A program made the translations under genes and the position numbers. Shown here piece by piece: positions 40,745 through 55,239 of a stretch of 64,000 bases of DNA. Every line of letters starts with the position of its first letter. Positions within the stretch are counted from its first letter, which is position 1. Source of the stretch: the human T2T-CHM13v2.0 reference genome, Homo sapiens; the NCBI RefSeq assembly GCF_009914755.1, contig NC_060930.1; one strand, 5' to 3'. The notes beneath the pieces were generated by a model. That model did not search any database. It was not told the DNA's origin and saw only the letters and a program-made list of their open reading frames with translations.

Positions 40745-41460
40745 CATGGATTCAATTGACAAATATTGCAAATATTTACTATGGGCTTGGCACCCTCCAC
40801 ACCTTGAATTTGAATTGTGAACAAGATATATATAAGTCCTGCCTTTATAGAGCTTATATTCAAGTGTGGCCAGAAAATATACAGAGTTTTACTGGAGTAA
40901 AAAATGGAAAGTAAGAATGAATAAATAAGCAGATGAGAAAATGGAGATATGGAATTTAGTCACTTTTTAAAAGAGGAGAGCAGAGAATATCAGTGTTCGT
41001 TTTAAGACCTTAATGTATTTAAGTATTTTTTGTTGTTTTTATATCAGCAATAGTGGAAGTATTTTAATGGAGTGGGAGAACTGGACAATGTAGAAGAAAA
41101 TATTCCAGAGTAGATTATAGAGGATGAAATTTAGAGTGCAAATCAAGGGGCTTAACTCTGATGCAAGATCAGAAATTTCTTTTATTGAAATAGTTAGAAG
41201 CACAGAAAATATAGGTATAAACAGTAAAGGATTTATAGAGGTAGTCTTGGGAAAATAAGAAAATTGGACCAATTACTTCTAACTTTTTCACTAAGGTATA
41301 TGATTCAATCATATGAGCTGACCATGTCAAGTTTGGTGTTTGGGTTTAAAGAAAATTAATATGATGACCTTTGGAGAGAGTAAAGAAGTTGTGAGTTTAG
41401 TTGTCTGGAGAAGTAGAAAGTGAATTTATACCAGGAAATGTAATAACATTGCTGGAAACT
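40745..41460 (-). mobile_element. L2 fragments
   Basis: aatatttactatgggcttggcacc...gtcctgcctttatagagcttatatt. Confidence 0.55.
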
Positions 41461-43670
41461 TGATTTATGATGTAAAAGTACAGGTATATTCTTACTATCT
41501 AATTAGAAGACTCTAGTCAAAGGAAGCTTAGCTGCTCTTGTTCAGATGCAGATAATTGTGTTCAAGATCACCAGGTTTCAGCCAATTAATGGAATGATTC
41601 ATAAATAAGAGCATCACTTAATAAGCAAATGCTTACCAAATGTGCTTACCAAAGAAGCACATGAGGACAGGAGAAAGACAGTAAATGATATAGTTGATAT
41701 GCTAGAGTTCTTTCTTCAAGATTTATACCCTTTCAACAATTTTTAAGATACTGTTGGTTGTTAAGGATATTTGAAAAAGATATGAGCAGAAGCTGTGGTA
41801 GGGCAAGACCAGGATAAAACCACTAGAGGTCTTCTGAAACTAGCGTCATTCTAAATGTCTGATCTTCCCCAATTCTCCCTTGACATAATTTCTCCCTAAG
41901 TTATGCATGCTAGAATTTTTCTCTACCCATGCAAGATTAGGGTAGAGTTTAGGGTAGTAAAATAGATGAGGTATTATATTCTTTCTCACAGAGTCCACAA
42001 AAGACAAAGAGAGGCATAAATCTACCTGATCACATTTGACACTGCAAGATAGCTGTCCAAATTCATGTGAAAATAAAGTGTAAAGAGTGGTAGAATAATT
42101 GAATCTGTCTCACAGCAGTAGAGAAGATTACATTAATTTTTATGCTTTTAAGTTTTCTTGATTTAAAAACCACATGTCATCTTATTAATGAAAAAACAAA
42201 ACACAGTGGAAAGAAAATATCATATGAAATGTATTCTTGAATCTTGTCAAATAAGATTGGCACAAAGAATTAATCATTTTATCAGAGCAAAGGAAACCTA
42301 GTCATGGAATTAAATAAATAAAACACTTGTATTAAATTATTTGATAAATGCTCAGGGTTTTGTACTTATAATTTGGGTTAGTGGACCTTTAACAGACACT
42401 CCTATCTCTCATTCAACCCCTATCCCTCCCTAACTAATTTTATGAAACTCATTCACAAATCTCTCCCTTCTTTATCTGTGTCAGTTTTTCCTATGTTGCC
42501 CTAGTCCTGAAAGTAGAAGGAGGACTGGAGCCTTCAGCGTCTATCCAACTTGAAAACAAGTGAACTTAAAATGTACTGAACTACTCAGCTATCCCATGAA
42601 ACACAGATTCAAAATCAAAATATCTGTACTAAAAAGAGAAGTAAAGAACATTTTTCAACCGATTAGTCATTTAGAAACATATTAACATGTGACCTGCACA
42701 GATTTTTTTTTCTTCTGAAAATGTACTGCTATTGATTACAACATTACTCACTGCAGTATGGCAACACCTGGCCATGTAAGGTCCTCACCACCTGGGCACT
42801 GTTTGAAATACTTTCCTTTGGTTTTATCTCATCCATCTATTTGTTCATTCAGTGTGTTAGAAACAAGTGTTGGTGATTCAAAGAATAGTAAGTATTCACT
42901 CACTGCAGAGTCTGCAGATTATAATATATTTGAATTGTTTCAATCCAGACTGGCAAAGAGAGTTAGGAACAGGAAATTCCAAGCACAGAAAATAACAAAA
43001 AACAAAGAAGTAATTAAATAAAAACAACTAGAAAAAAAGACGAGATAAAATAATCTGTTGTATGTGCACATCTAGTGTTTCCATAGAGCTGAGTTGTCAA
43101 TGTAGGGGGAAAATAGGCCAGATTAAAAAAAAATGTGAAGATGTAAAAAGCTAATGAATGAAATTTAAATAGGAGCAATTTGGTCATATTTGTACTTTAG
43201 AGATGCAACTATGGAGGAACTGTAGAAGACAGATTGGAGTAGAAGCCTAGAGGTAGAGATTGTGTGGGTGGGTATTATAACAGTTTCATGAGATATTATG
43301 ACCGTATGAAATAAAGCACTATTAGTGTGTGAAAAAGAGAAGGGGAAACATAAGACATCATTAGGATGGAGAATCAACGGGACTTGATAACAGCTGCATA
43401 TGATCATGAAGATGAAGTGTCAAAAAAGTCCAAATATGTTGTATTAGTTCATTCTCAAATTGCTATAAAAAATAGCTGAAACTGGGTTATTTAAAAGAAT
43501 AGGTTTAATTAGCTCATGATTGTGCAGGCTATACAGGAAGCACGGTAGCATTTTTTTCTGGGGAGGCCTCAAGAAGATTCCAATCATGGCAGAAGGCAAA
43601 GGGGAAGCAAGGTGTCTCACAAGGCAGCAACAGGGGCAAGAAAGAGAGCAACGGGGAAAGTGCTGCACAA

Positions 43671-43873
43671 TTTTTTTTTTTTTTTTTTTTGAGACAGAGT
43701 CTCACTCTGTTGCCCAGGCTGGAGTGCAGTGGCATGATCTTGGCTCACTGCAAGCTCCGCCTCCCAGGTTCATGCCATTATCCTGCCTCAACCTCCTGAG
43801 TAGCTGGAACTACAGGCACTGGCCACCACGCCTGGCTAATATTTTTGTATTTTTGGTAGAGATGGGGTTTCAC
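43671..43873 (-). mobile_element. 5'-truncated AluY-like element inside the MST LTR
   Basis: Poly-T, right arm with gcaagctcc/gccatt, ending at ggggtttcac. Confidence 0.92.
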
Positions 43874-45755
43874 AAACAGCGTATGTCACAAGAACTCACT
43901 CACCATCATGAGAACAGCTCCAAAGGGATAATGCTAAACCATTCGTGAGAAATCTACCCCCATGATCCAACCACCTCCCATCAGGTCCCACTTCCAACAT
44001 TGGGGACTACAGTTTGACATTAGCTTTGGTGTGAACACAGATCCAAATTATATTATTCCACCCTTGGCTCCCCCAAATCTCATGTCCTTCTCACATTTCA
44101 AAATAAAATAATGCTTTCCCACTTATTCCCAAAGTCTTAACTCACTGTAGCATTAACTCAAAAGTCTGAAGTTCAAAGTCTCATTACAGACAAGGCAAGT
44201 CCCTTCCACCTACAAGCCTGTAAATTAAAAAAAAAATCAGGTTAGTTACTTCCAATATACAATTGGGATACTGGCAATGGGTAAGTACTATTATTCTGAA
44301 AGGCGAAAATAAACTGGCCAAAAGAAAGCAGCCACAGGCCCAGTGTAAATCCAAAACCCAGCAGGACAGTCATTAAATCCTAAAGCTCCAAAATAATCTC
44401 CTTTAACACCATGCCCCACATCATCCAGGGCATACTGATATGGCAGGTGGGTTCCCTAGGGCTTGGGCAGCTCCACCCCTGTGACTTTGGTGGGTTGGGC
44501 CACCATGGCTGCTCTCACAGGCTGGCATTGAGTGCCTGTGGCTTTCCCAGCTGTCAGCGCATCTACCATTCTGGGTCTGGAGGATGGTGGCCCTCTTCTC
44601 ATAGTCCTACTAGGCAGTGCCCCAGTGGGTACTCTATATGGCGGCACCAACCCCACATGTCCACTCTGCACTGCCCTAATAGAATTTCTCCATGAGGGCA
44701 ACACACCTGAAGCAGCCTTCTGAAATTTTGGCAGAGGCTCCCAAACCTCAGTTCTTATACTCTGTGCACTTGCAGGTTTAACACCACATGGAAGCTGCCA
44801 AGGCTTAAAGCTCACACCTTATAAAGCAGTGATGTGAGCTGTACCTGGGCCCCCTTTGACCCAGAGCTGGAGCTGGAGTGACTGGGATGAAAGGAGCAGT
44901 ATCCTGGGGCTGTGCAGGGCTGCAGGGCTCTGGGCCTGGCTCATGAATCCATTCTTTCCTCCTAGGCCTCTGGGCCTGTGATGGGAGGGGCTGCCATGAA
45001 GTTCTCTGAAGTGCCTCTTAGGCCTTTTCCCCTATTGTCTTGGCTGTCATCACTTGGCTTCTTTTTACTTAGGAAAATTTCTGCATGCTTTTTGAATTCC
45101 TCCTTTGAAAGTGGGCTTTTCTTTTCTACAACATTGCCAGGCTGCAAATTTTCCAAACTTTTGTGCTCTGGCTCCGCTTTAAATATCATTTACAACTTTA
45201 GGTCATTTCTTTGCTCATGCATATGAGATAGGTTGTTAGAAGCAGTCAGGCAACATCTTGAAAGCTCTGCTACTTAGGTATTTCTTCTGCCAGATACCCT
45301 AAATTATCACTCTCAAGTTTAATATTCCACAGATCCCGAGGGCAGGGCACAATGCACCCCAGTTCTTTGCTAAGGCATTAAAAAAAATGTGACCTTCACT
45401 AAAGTTCCCAAAAAGTTCCTCATTTCCATCTGAGACCTCATTAGCCTGGCCTTCACTATTCATATTACTACCAGCATTTTGTTCATAATTACCTAATTGG
45501 TCTCTAAGAAGATCCAAACTTTTCCTGATCTTTCTCTTTTCTTTTGAGCCCTCAAGACTCTTCCAACCACTGCCCAGTACTCAGTTCCAAAGGTACTTCC
45601 ACATTTTCAGGTCTCCTTATAGCAATGCCCCACTCCTTGGTTCCAATATTCTGCATTAGTCCATTCTCACATTACTATAAATAAATACCTGATATTGGGT
45701 AATTTATAAGAAAATAGGTTTAATTGACACATGGCTCTGCTGTCTGTACAGGGAG

Positions 45756-46226
45756 TGTAAATACTGAATACCTGAGACAGGTCTCAGTCAATTTAGGAAG
45801 TTTATTTTGCCAAAGTTAAGGATGTACACCCATGACATAGCCTCAGGAGCTCCTGAGGACATCTATCCAAGGTGCTCCAAACACAGTCTGGTTTTATACA
45901 TTTTAGAAAGACATGAGACATCAATCAAAATATGTTAGTTGAACATTCATTTGGTCCAGAGAGGTGGGACAGCTCAAAGCAAAGGCAGAACAACTCAAAT
46001 TTGGGAGGGGGGCTTCCAGGTCATAGATAGATGAAAGACAAATTGTTGCTTTTTTGAGTTTCTGATTAGTCTCTCCAAAGGGGGCAATTAGATATGCATT
46101 TATCTCAGTGAGCAGAGGGATGAGTTTGATTGGAATGGGAGGCAGGTTTGCCCTAAACAGTTCCCAGCCTGACTATTCCCTTTAGCTGAGTGATTTTGGA
46201 GTCCCCAGATTTATTTTCCTTTCACA
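45756..46226 (-). mobile_element. MER4A-type ERV1 solo LTR inside the MST LTR
   Basis: ctgagacaggtctcagtcaatttag...agatttattttcctttcaca. 4-bp TSD ggag / gaag. Confidence 0.88.
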
Positions 46227-47572
46227 GAAGCATGGCAGCATCTGCTTTTTAGGAGGTCTCAGGAAGATTCCAATCATGGCAGAAGGCAAGAGGGAGCAAG
46301 ACATCTCACATGGTGGGACTAGGAGGAAGAGCACAAGTGAGGAGGGAGGTGCTACACCCTTTCAAAAACCAGATCTCCTGAGAACTTACTACCATGAGAA
46401 CAGCACCAAAGGAATGGTGCTAAACCATTTATGAGAAATCCACCCCCATGATCCAACCACCTCCCACCAGGCACCACCTACAACCTTGGGGACTACAGTT
46501 TGACATGAGATTTGGTGGGGACATAGATTCAAATTGTGTCACATATACTGGGCAATTGAGTGGGAAGTGATGCTATTTGCCAATACACACAAAAAATCAT
46601 CAAATATTTTGCCTTGTTAGTTTTTTATAAAAATACTGGGACTATTGGGTGAGATAACATCTTAAGCCCTTATTATTTTGTACCTTACAAATTTGTTCCA
46701 CAGATATTAAGACTAGAACACTGCACAGGGCCCAGAACAAGTGCCAACTTCAGGATTTTGCCTATGGCCAGCCCTGGGTACAAAAGAACTTTTGTGATTT
46801 CCCTAATAGGATTTTAATGGGTAAAACTCCCTAGCTTTTTTTTTTTTCTTAAAAAAAATTCCATTATCTCATGTAATAGCAATATACAAGTGTTAACAGC
46901 ATGTATTAGGAGAAGAGCCTAAGGCTGTTTTTACACATGGAATACCAGGGGTGATTGCAGTATCATTTCTCTTACAACTTGGTCAGACATAGCTCCTCTA
47001 TGCAGGGTTGGTTAGCAGGCTTGAAGGAAGCCACAGCTGACTGTATTTGAAGAAAATAGAAAAAAATCCTGTGACTATTTCTACCAGAGAGAATATTAAT
47101 GGCAGTGTCAATAATTTTTAACCCAAAAACTGAAATACTTTAAAGCAATTCAGGTTAGAGATTGTCTGCAAAGCAAGTTGAAAGACCTATTATTTGCGTT
47201 TTCTAAATGGAATTGTCTTAACAATGTTAACAAGTTAAATGTATACAAGTAACAAGAGGAGTGCTTATTTATTATCACATAGATTTTCTACAGATATTTA
47301 TCACCAAAAATATTGATGTACACCCAAATAATATATATAATTGTTGATGACACAAAAAGCAAAAAAAAAAAAAAAAAAAACAGAAAAAGAAAAAGAATCA
47401 ACTGATGGTTCTACTGCTCAATTTTCAATGTGTTCTCTTTCAATAATGGCACATTTAACAAATTCAGTCCTTGCTTATTGAGTTTTCATATATAATGAAT
47501 TACATTTAAATGTAATCCTACTAACCTTGTTCCTATTTGATTATGGGAATGATTGCATAATTACTAATGATA

Positions 47573-47681
47573 ATTACCCCATACATGTATAAAATACATG
47601 TATAAAATACCATTACCCCATGCATGTATAAAATACCATACATACATGTATAAAATACCATACATGTATTAAATACCATTA
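47573..47681. repeat. Irregular minisatellite built on (cata)catgtataaaatac
   Basis: Five catgtat cores at 47584, 47597, 47623, 47645 and 47663. Confidence 0.9.
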
Positions 47682-48685
47682 TTTAATAAATAATGTTAAT
47701 AGTTTCATCTTTAGATACTGTAAGATAGAAATCCTTTTCAAACCACAGTGTGAAAGAGTCAAATCCCATTGGCTGACTCAGAGGACAAAGAAAAATTTAT
47801 GCTCAATTATGATAAGGATTACAAACAAACTGAATTATAAAGTTATTTGATTCAAAATTCCATTTTACTTTGAAAATTTTCAAGCACCAATTATACTTAA
47901 ATATTTATGTATTATAGCTGGAAATAACAATTTACATGAGCTTTTATCACTCTATAATAAATATATACTTAGATCTTACATTAAAAAGAAAAACATAGAA
48001 GAAAGCAAACCAAAAGTAACATTGACCAGATAGGAAAACATAAGCAGATATTAAATTGTAGAATTAATAAATATATTCAATATATAGGACTTAATATATT
48101 TATTGAATACAATAAATAAATGGTTACATTTCATTTTACTAAAACATTTATCAGTTGATATTCCTAATAGAACTCTACAAATTTTGGGCCAATTATTGCT
48201 CATGTAGTTACATAGTGCCAAACACCTAGAAATCCACACTAAATTCTAACTAGAAGTCTCACCTACTACTGTATACTTTTGAAGCTTCTAGACCAAACAT
48301 ATTTAAATTGTTTTCTATATTTCCTTTGATATTCAACCTTGATCAATTTTTATTTGAAGAAGTAAGTGTAAAATCCCCAGAGTCCCCTAAACAATATGGT
48401 TAGATATTCAAGCACTAATTCAAACAAAATAAATTCCCATTTACCAAAGAAAATGATGTGAACATCTTCCTTTTGTGTAAATACATTGATCATTTTAATT
48501 ATAAATTATGAGAAAAGTGAAATGAATCATAGACTTTAGTATATAATGTGTGTATGGTGTGTGTGTATTCACGATTTAAAATGATGCAGGTAACTATCAA
48601 CAAAATTATAATAAAGTTGACTTTAAAATACTGAATATACATTGGAAAATGCATTTTTTATCTTAATATACTCTTTAAAACACTG

Positions 48686-48901
48686 GGCCAGACTCAGCAG
48701 CTCATGCCTGCAATCCCAGCGCTTTAGGAGATCAAAGCTGTAGGATTGCTTGAGGCCAGGAGTTTGAAATAAGGCTGGGCAATGTGGGAAGATCTTATCT
48801 CTAATATATATTTTTTTAAATTGTCCAAGTGGTGCATGCCTGTAGTCCCAACTATTAGGGAGGCTGAGGTAGGAGAATCATTTAAGCCCAGGAGTTTGAG
48901 G

Positions 48902-48937
<36 letters not shown>

Positions 48938-49032
48938 TATATATGGCACCAATATTATATTATATAATGGCACCACTGCACTCTAGCCTGGATGACAGAG
49001 TGGGAACCTATCTCTTAAAAAAAAAAAAAAAA
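48686..49032 (+). mobile_element. AluJ with internal (TA)n expansion
   Basis: ggattgcttgaggccaggagtt and agcccaggagtttgagg diagnostics. TA run at 48904-48944. Confidence 0.9.
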
Positions 49033-49254
49033 GGTGTGTGTGTATCAGGGAGACCAAGGTATACTGCAGGGAAATAACTGCTGTAGTTTTAATTATAAGA
49101 GTGGGACCTAAATTAGTCAACTAATTGCCATGTGGTGGTTATAAGAGACGCCTGGAGCAGCAATCCACAGAAGTGATAATACATGTGAGGAAGAAGAATT
49201 CTCTTGGGGTTTTCAGCAATAGTCAATAGATGTGCCTGTGCAACAACATCAGGA

Positions 49255-49355
49255 AGAAGACGGAAGGAGAGGAGAAGGTAGGGGAAGGAGAGGGGAGGGG
49301 AGGAGAGGAAAAGACAAGGCAGGGGAGGGGAGGGGAGAGGAGAGGAGAGGAAAAA
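49255..49355. repeat. GA-rich low-complexity tract (GGAGA/GGGGA)n
   Basis: Purine pentamer repeats. Confidence 0.9.
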
Positions 49356-50495
49356 TGGGTGAAAAAAAGCATGGACTCCCTGCATACAGGTAGGAAGGAG
49401 ACTTAGTGGGTGAACCTCTGCTGGACAAGTATTAGAGAGGGGAGTGGCACTCGGAAGTCTGGGAGCTTGAGGCTACATGATGTGCATATATTTCAACATC
49501 TACACTTTACTACAGTCAAGGAAACTTCCCTTTATGAAGCAAAAATAAAATAACTGTGCTTATGAGATTGCATTCAGATATTCTAATTTTGAATTCAATT
49601 TTTTTTTCAAATTGGATTAAATAATGTGCAGGCATCATTTGCCATTATAATAAAAGAATGATCTATGGAACCATAGTATTCAGAAGAGTACACAAATGAG
49701 AGAGGAGAGAAGAGGTGTGGGTGGGTGGACAAGAACAGATGGACAAAAATATCTTTGAATCTTCTTTAACAATACCCACCCTGGTATTGAGAAGGGTATT
49801 TCCTTTGACCTATACATTTATCTAAGAGCGTGTAGACAGGATTCGTCAATGTCTGACATTTTTCTTCTTCACAGTGACACATATAAATGTTCTGTCTGTT
49901 ATTGGATAATTTGAGGTAATGGATCATCCATGTTGATGATTTTGTGAAATTTGCTACATTCTTGAAAATGATTTTCACATTTCAAAATAAAGAAATTGAG
50001 GCAAATTATTGATGGGTTGAAATGCAACTTTTTAATGTTACTGCTATATTTCATATGGGAGCTAGTAATGATCCTTTTTCTTATGTAAGAAATAAGAAAC
50101 TACGTAACAACCTTCACTACTGTCAAATCCCTAAGCACTCTGATGTTTGGTTGACACAAATCTGATCAGAATAACCTTGAAAGACTGACTTTTTTTATGT
50201 ATGTGCTATAAAAGGAGAAATGTTACACTTATCTCAAGATGACCACAAATCTGCAAACATAGTGGGAAGCCAGATGGCCAAGTCCCTACACCTGGGATGC
50301 CATTGGTCTGTCTCAGCACGCTACAGCCTTCCAGCAGCTGCTCATCACACACACTGGAGGACACTGTTCACACACCTAAAATGCACGCTGCAAAGAGTAA
50401 GGGATGCTTTATAGCCATCTTACCCAGGCCATGCAAAGATAGATGTGGAAGTTGAGGCATTTACTCTCTCTCTCGCTTTTTCTAGTATATACCTA

Positions 50496-50900
50496 TGTGA
50501 TGGTCAATACTGAGTGTCAACTTGATAGGATTGAAGGATACAAAGTATTGATCCTGGGTGTGGCCCTGAGGGTGTTGCTAAAGGAGATTAACATTTGAAT
50601 CAATGGGCTGGGAAAGGCAGACCCACCCTTAATCTGAGTGGACACAATCTAATCAGCTGTCAGCAAGGCTAAAATACAAGCAGGCAGAAAAATGTGAAAG
50701 AGAGACTGGTCTAGCCTCCCAGCCTACATCTTTCTCCTGTGCTGGATGCTTCCTGCCTTCAAACACCAGACTCAAAGTTCTTCACTTTTGGAACTTGGAC
50801 TGGCTCTCCTTGCTCCTCAACCTGCAGACGGTCTGTTGTGGGACCTTGTGATCTTGTTAGATAACACTAAATAAACTCTGCTTTATAGGTGGATATAGAG

Positions 50901-50947
<47 letters not shown>

Positions 50948-51024
50948 GAGATAGATAGAGAGATAGATAGATAGATGCATCTATTCCATTAGTTCTGTCC
51001 CTCTAGAGAACCCTGACTAATACA
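50496..51024 (+). mobile_element. MLT2A (HERV-L) solo LTR
   Basis: tgtgatggtcaatactgagtgtcaacttg...gagaaccctgactaataca. TSD accta / acctg. Confidence 0.95.
50901..50976. repeat. (GATA)n tetranucleotide STR
   Basis: Long AGAT run with two GAGA interruptions inside MLT2A. Confidence 0.98.
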
Positions 51025-51777
51025 ACCTGTAAGTATAGGATTTCATCTAATCTGTTATAATTTGAATAGTTGCACCTTTAATAATTTTACTTGTATATAT
51101 TTTAGATTACAAGTTGAAATATGTAGTATTTCTGTACTACTTTTAGGGGTTTTTAATTTATTCTATGTTAGCAGAGAATTTTTAAATGTTACAAAACTTA
51201 CCTTTTTAAAAATATCTCTTGTAGTAGCAACTTGGAAATATTTGCATGCTATTAGATAAACAAAAAATTTATATACTTAAAATATCAAATTGAACAGTGT
51301 ATACCTCTCTTTATCTCCTCTATCCTGACACTTCAGTTAATAGTTAGCTATCTCTTATCAATTGATTACTAGGGAAAATGCAGGAACTATAAATAGTTAC
51401 CAAGAAATTGATATCTAAGTAATTTGATTTGCAGGAATTTGATCTAATATTGTGGGAAAACGTCTTTTGAAATGTTCTGCCTTGATACATGTAACTCTTT
51501 GCCTTTATTTCATTAAAGAGTCCCTCCAAGTAAAAGATATTTTAAAAACATTGTTTGTGTTACCTAGGAAAGATAAAATACTAATCACATTGCTTGATTC
51601 ATTCAAAATGTTCATACTACATTAAAAGAATAGAAATCCTGTGATGTGTTCTTAACTCCATTTGCAGTGAGGATGCAAATGTTAGTAAAATGCATGTGTC
51701 ATCATGGTGCTCATAGGCTACTTGAAGTGTAGGGTATGTAGACACTGTATTACAAGCTGTTAAAGGCACATGGTACT

Positions 51778-52205
<428 letters not shown>

Positions 52206-52505
52206 TTACCACTTTCTTTACCTTGTCATTATCTGTAAGAGGGAGAATCATTTCTAAATGAAATAAATACATAAATATTGACGTAATATTTAAATATGTT
52301 ACATTAAATTTTCTGTTTTGACTCTCAGATCAATGGAGTAAAATTGCTATATACAAAAATAGCTTGATATAGCCTAGGTTAAATTTTTAGTTGACCCTTG
52401 AGGAGTAACGTATTTTCAGGTATTTGATTAAAAAAAAAAAAACAACTTTGAAGTAAATGCACTGTTGACACAAGAATTTTTGAGAATGCAGAGCAGTTAG
52501 TTTAT

Positions 52506-52795
52506 ATATATATATATTATTTTTGAGACAGGGTCTCACTCTGTCACCGAGGCTAGAGTGCAGTGGCTCAATCTCGGCTCACTGAAGCCTCTGCCTCCTT
52601 GGCTCAAGCTGTCCTCCCGTGTCAGCCTCCTGAGTACCTGGCACACCACCATGCCAGCTAAGTTTTTGTATTTTTTGTAAAGGCAGGGTTTCACCATGTT
52701 GCCAAGACTGGTTTCAAACTCCTTGACTCAAGCAGTTTGTCTCTCTTGGCCTCTGGAAGTGCTGAGATTACAGGTGGGAACTACTGCACCAGGCC
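52506..52795 (-). mobile_element. AluJ
   Basis: gagacagggtctcactctgtc...ggctcaag. TSD tagtttat at 52498-52505 and 52796-52803. Confidence 0.92.
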
Positions 52796-53178
52796 TAGTT
52801 TATTTGTAGAGATAAGGGAGAAAGTTAGTGAAAACTGAATGTCAGCTATATTTAAGTTAACTTATCTTATATCCTATCAGCTCCATGAAGACATATTTCT
52901 TTCTCCATCAATTTACTCAAAGGAGCAAAAGGCTTTCTATACAACACTGAGGTTTTCTTCTATGGTTTTATAATGAAGTATGTTTCTGTGCAAAATTGAA
53001 GATACATATTGTTAGTAAAACTGTGCTTGTTAAAATGTAGTTGTAGGTATTTTTGTTAATTAAAGATGTAGCTACAGTAAGTAAGTTTTTCTGCAAATTT
53101 TTGTTCATTTACTGCCGACTCTTACCTTATTGTGCTTCTTATAATTACTCTAGTTGGTATATAAAGATGTCCATCCCT

Positions 53179-53500
<322 letters not shown>

Positions 53501-55239
53501 TTAGGATAAAATCTAAAAGCATTCCTTCATGCAAAGTTATTTTCAAAAGTGAATCATGTGTTATTCTATTTTACTTAAATTTGTATTGAAAAAGAGAGCA
53601 TATCTAATTATGTTTCACATCTATAATAGTCAATATTTAGTCATCCTTCCATTTAAAAATATATTTACTTTATATGCACTAAACTTCTCTTGCTATTCAA
53701 AATTCAAGTCAATTTTCTTTCACTTTTTTTTTTTCTCAAAGAAATAGATTTTGGTTAGCCACCTATTTAATAAAATAATTTTAGAAGTGCTTATAGAGTA
53801 TAATTAAGCTTTTCCTCTTTTCAGGTTAAGTAGTATAATCAGCAGCATGAGTTCAGACCCTGAGCCGCAAGCAAAAGTTTTAGAGAGAACTCTTTTATTA
53901 ACTATAAAATAATTACAGATTGAGGAAAATGGCAGCCAGGGGTCATGAGGGCAAATGGTGAAAGGAGTTTTTCTTTTCATTTTGTTAATGCAAGACTGAT
54001 CTTTGAACTAAGGAAACTATTATGGATCAATAGAACACTAAATTATAAAATATTATTAAACTCTAATGACACTTTTTTTTTTAACCGAAGAAATTCTGCT
54101 CTGCTCTTTCAGGCATAGACCTTGCTGGTTCAGTGGCAGTGGCTAGATCATGAGTGAGCATCTCTTTTAGAGCAAGTCTACACAGAGGGAGTGGTTTGTA
54201 TGTCAATAACTCTCCAGATTGTGTTGCAAACACCATCTTCAACTCAGCCATTTTTCTCTTGGTTTTGAAAAAACCAGAGAATAAGCAAGAGGAGGACAAA
54301 GAAAATCACTTAGTGACACTGTCCAACAATCCTGAGAGTGTTTCTGGGTAGGAGCAGCCTGCTTTTTTTTTTTTTTTTTTTTTCTTAGTTAACTATCTTC
54401 TTCAGTTAATTAAGTTGCTGGTTACTTCAAGACTCAACCTATCTTATCAGGTTCCTGCCTCCTTCTCAATCTTCCTATATTGTCTGAAGTGCTCCATAAC
54501 CTGATGCCTATAAAGGTGAACTGAATAGAACAACAAAGTCTTGCTGAAATTTTAAACATGAACAGTAACTCTTCTGTATTCAATGCACAACAATTCTAGA
54601 ACAATATTTCTTGTACTATTGTGCCTTAAAAGCAAACAACAAAACAAAACAAAAACAAAAACAATAAAAAAAACACTTATCTTCCTAGAGAAATAGTCTT
54701 TGGCCATTGTATAGTACTTCTCCCATGTGATTCATATATTACCAAGACAACTTTACTTTTGTAACACCACAATTCATTGTCATATTTCTCACTCAAAAAT
54801 TCCAAACACCATAGTGTTCATAGAAATGATGGTTTTTTTTCAGAATTTGTCATATACAAAAATGACAGAACGAAGTAGTCAAATGTCTGTCTGTTGTCCT
54901 CTTTGTTGCCCACTTCACTGCATTAATATGCTTGATGATTATGGACTGTAATTTTGAACTTCAGTGATCATATTCCATTGCAATAGCCTGTAATTTATTT
55001 TTTATTCACTTTTTGCCTTTGATATTCCTGTCTCACAATGACCACTGTCATTTAAAAAAATATATTACCATTGCATCTCTACTTAATAATTCCCCAAACT
55101 CTACCTCTTGTCTAAAAGCATCACATATTTTTTCTCTTATCTGTTTATAAAATCCAATATGATAGAACTGTGAAAAGGTCAATAATCTCTAAGTATGAAC
55201 CTGATACTTTTTAATTCATTATATGCACTAACTACTTAA

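Larger units (their letters stand above)
43440..46541 (-). mobile_element. Full MST MaLR provirus (LTR - internal - LTR)
   Basis: Two homologous LTRs (about 43440-44053 and 45652-46541; both contain aagattccaatcatggcagaaggcaa and accccatgatccaaccacctccca) around MST-int sequence (cttgggcagctccacccctgtg, gctgcaaattttccaaacttt). Confidence 0.93.

Noticed and set aside
43520-43948. 142-aa ORF and other Alu-derived ORFs (e.g. 619, 17239, 33961, 34599, 53270)
   Set aside because: These are standard Alu/LTR reading-frame artefacts.
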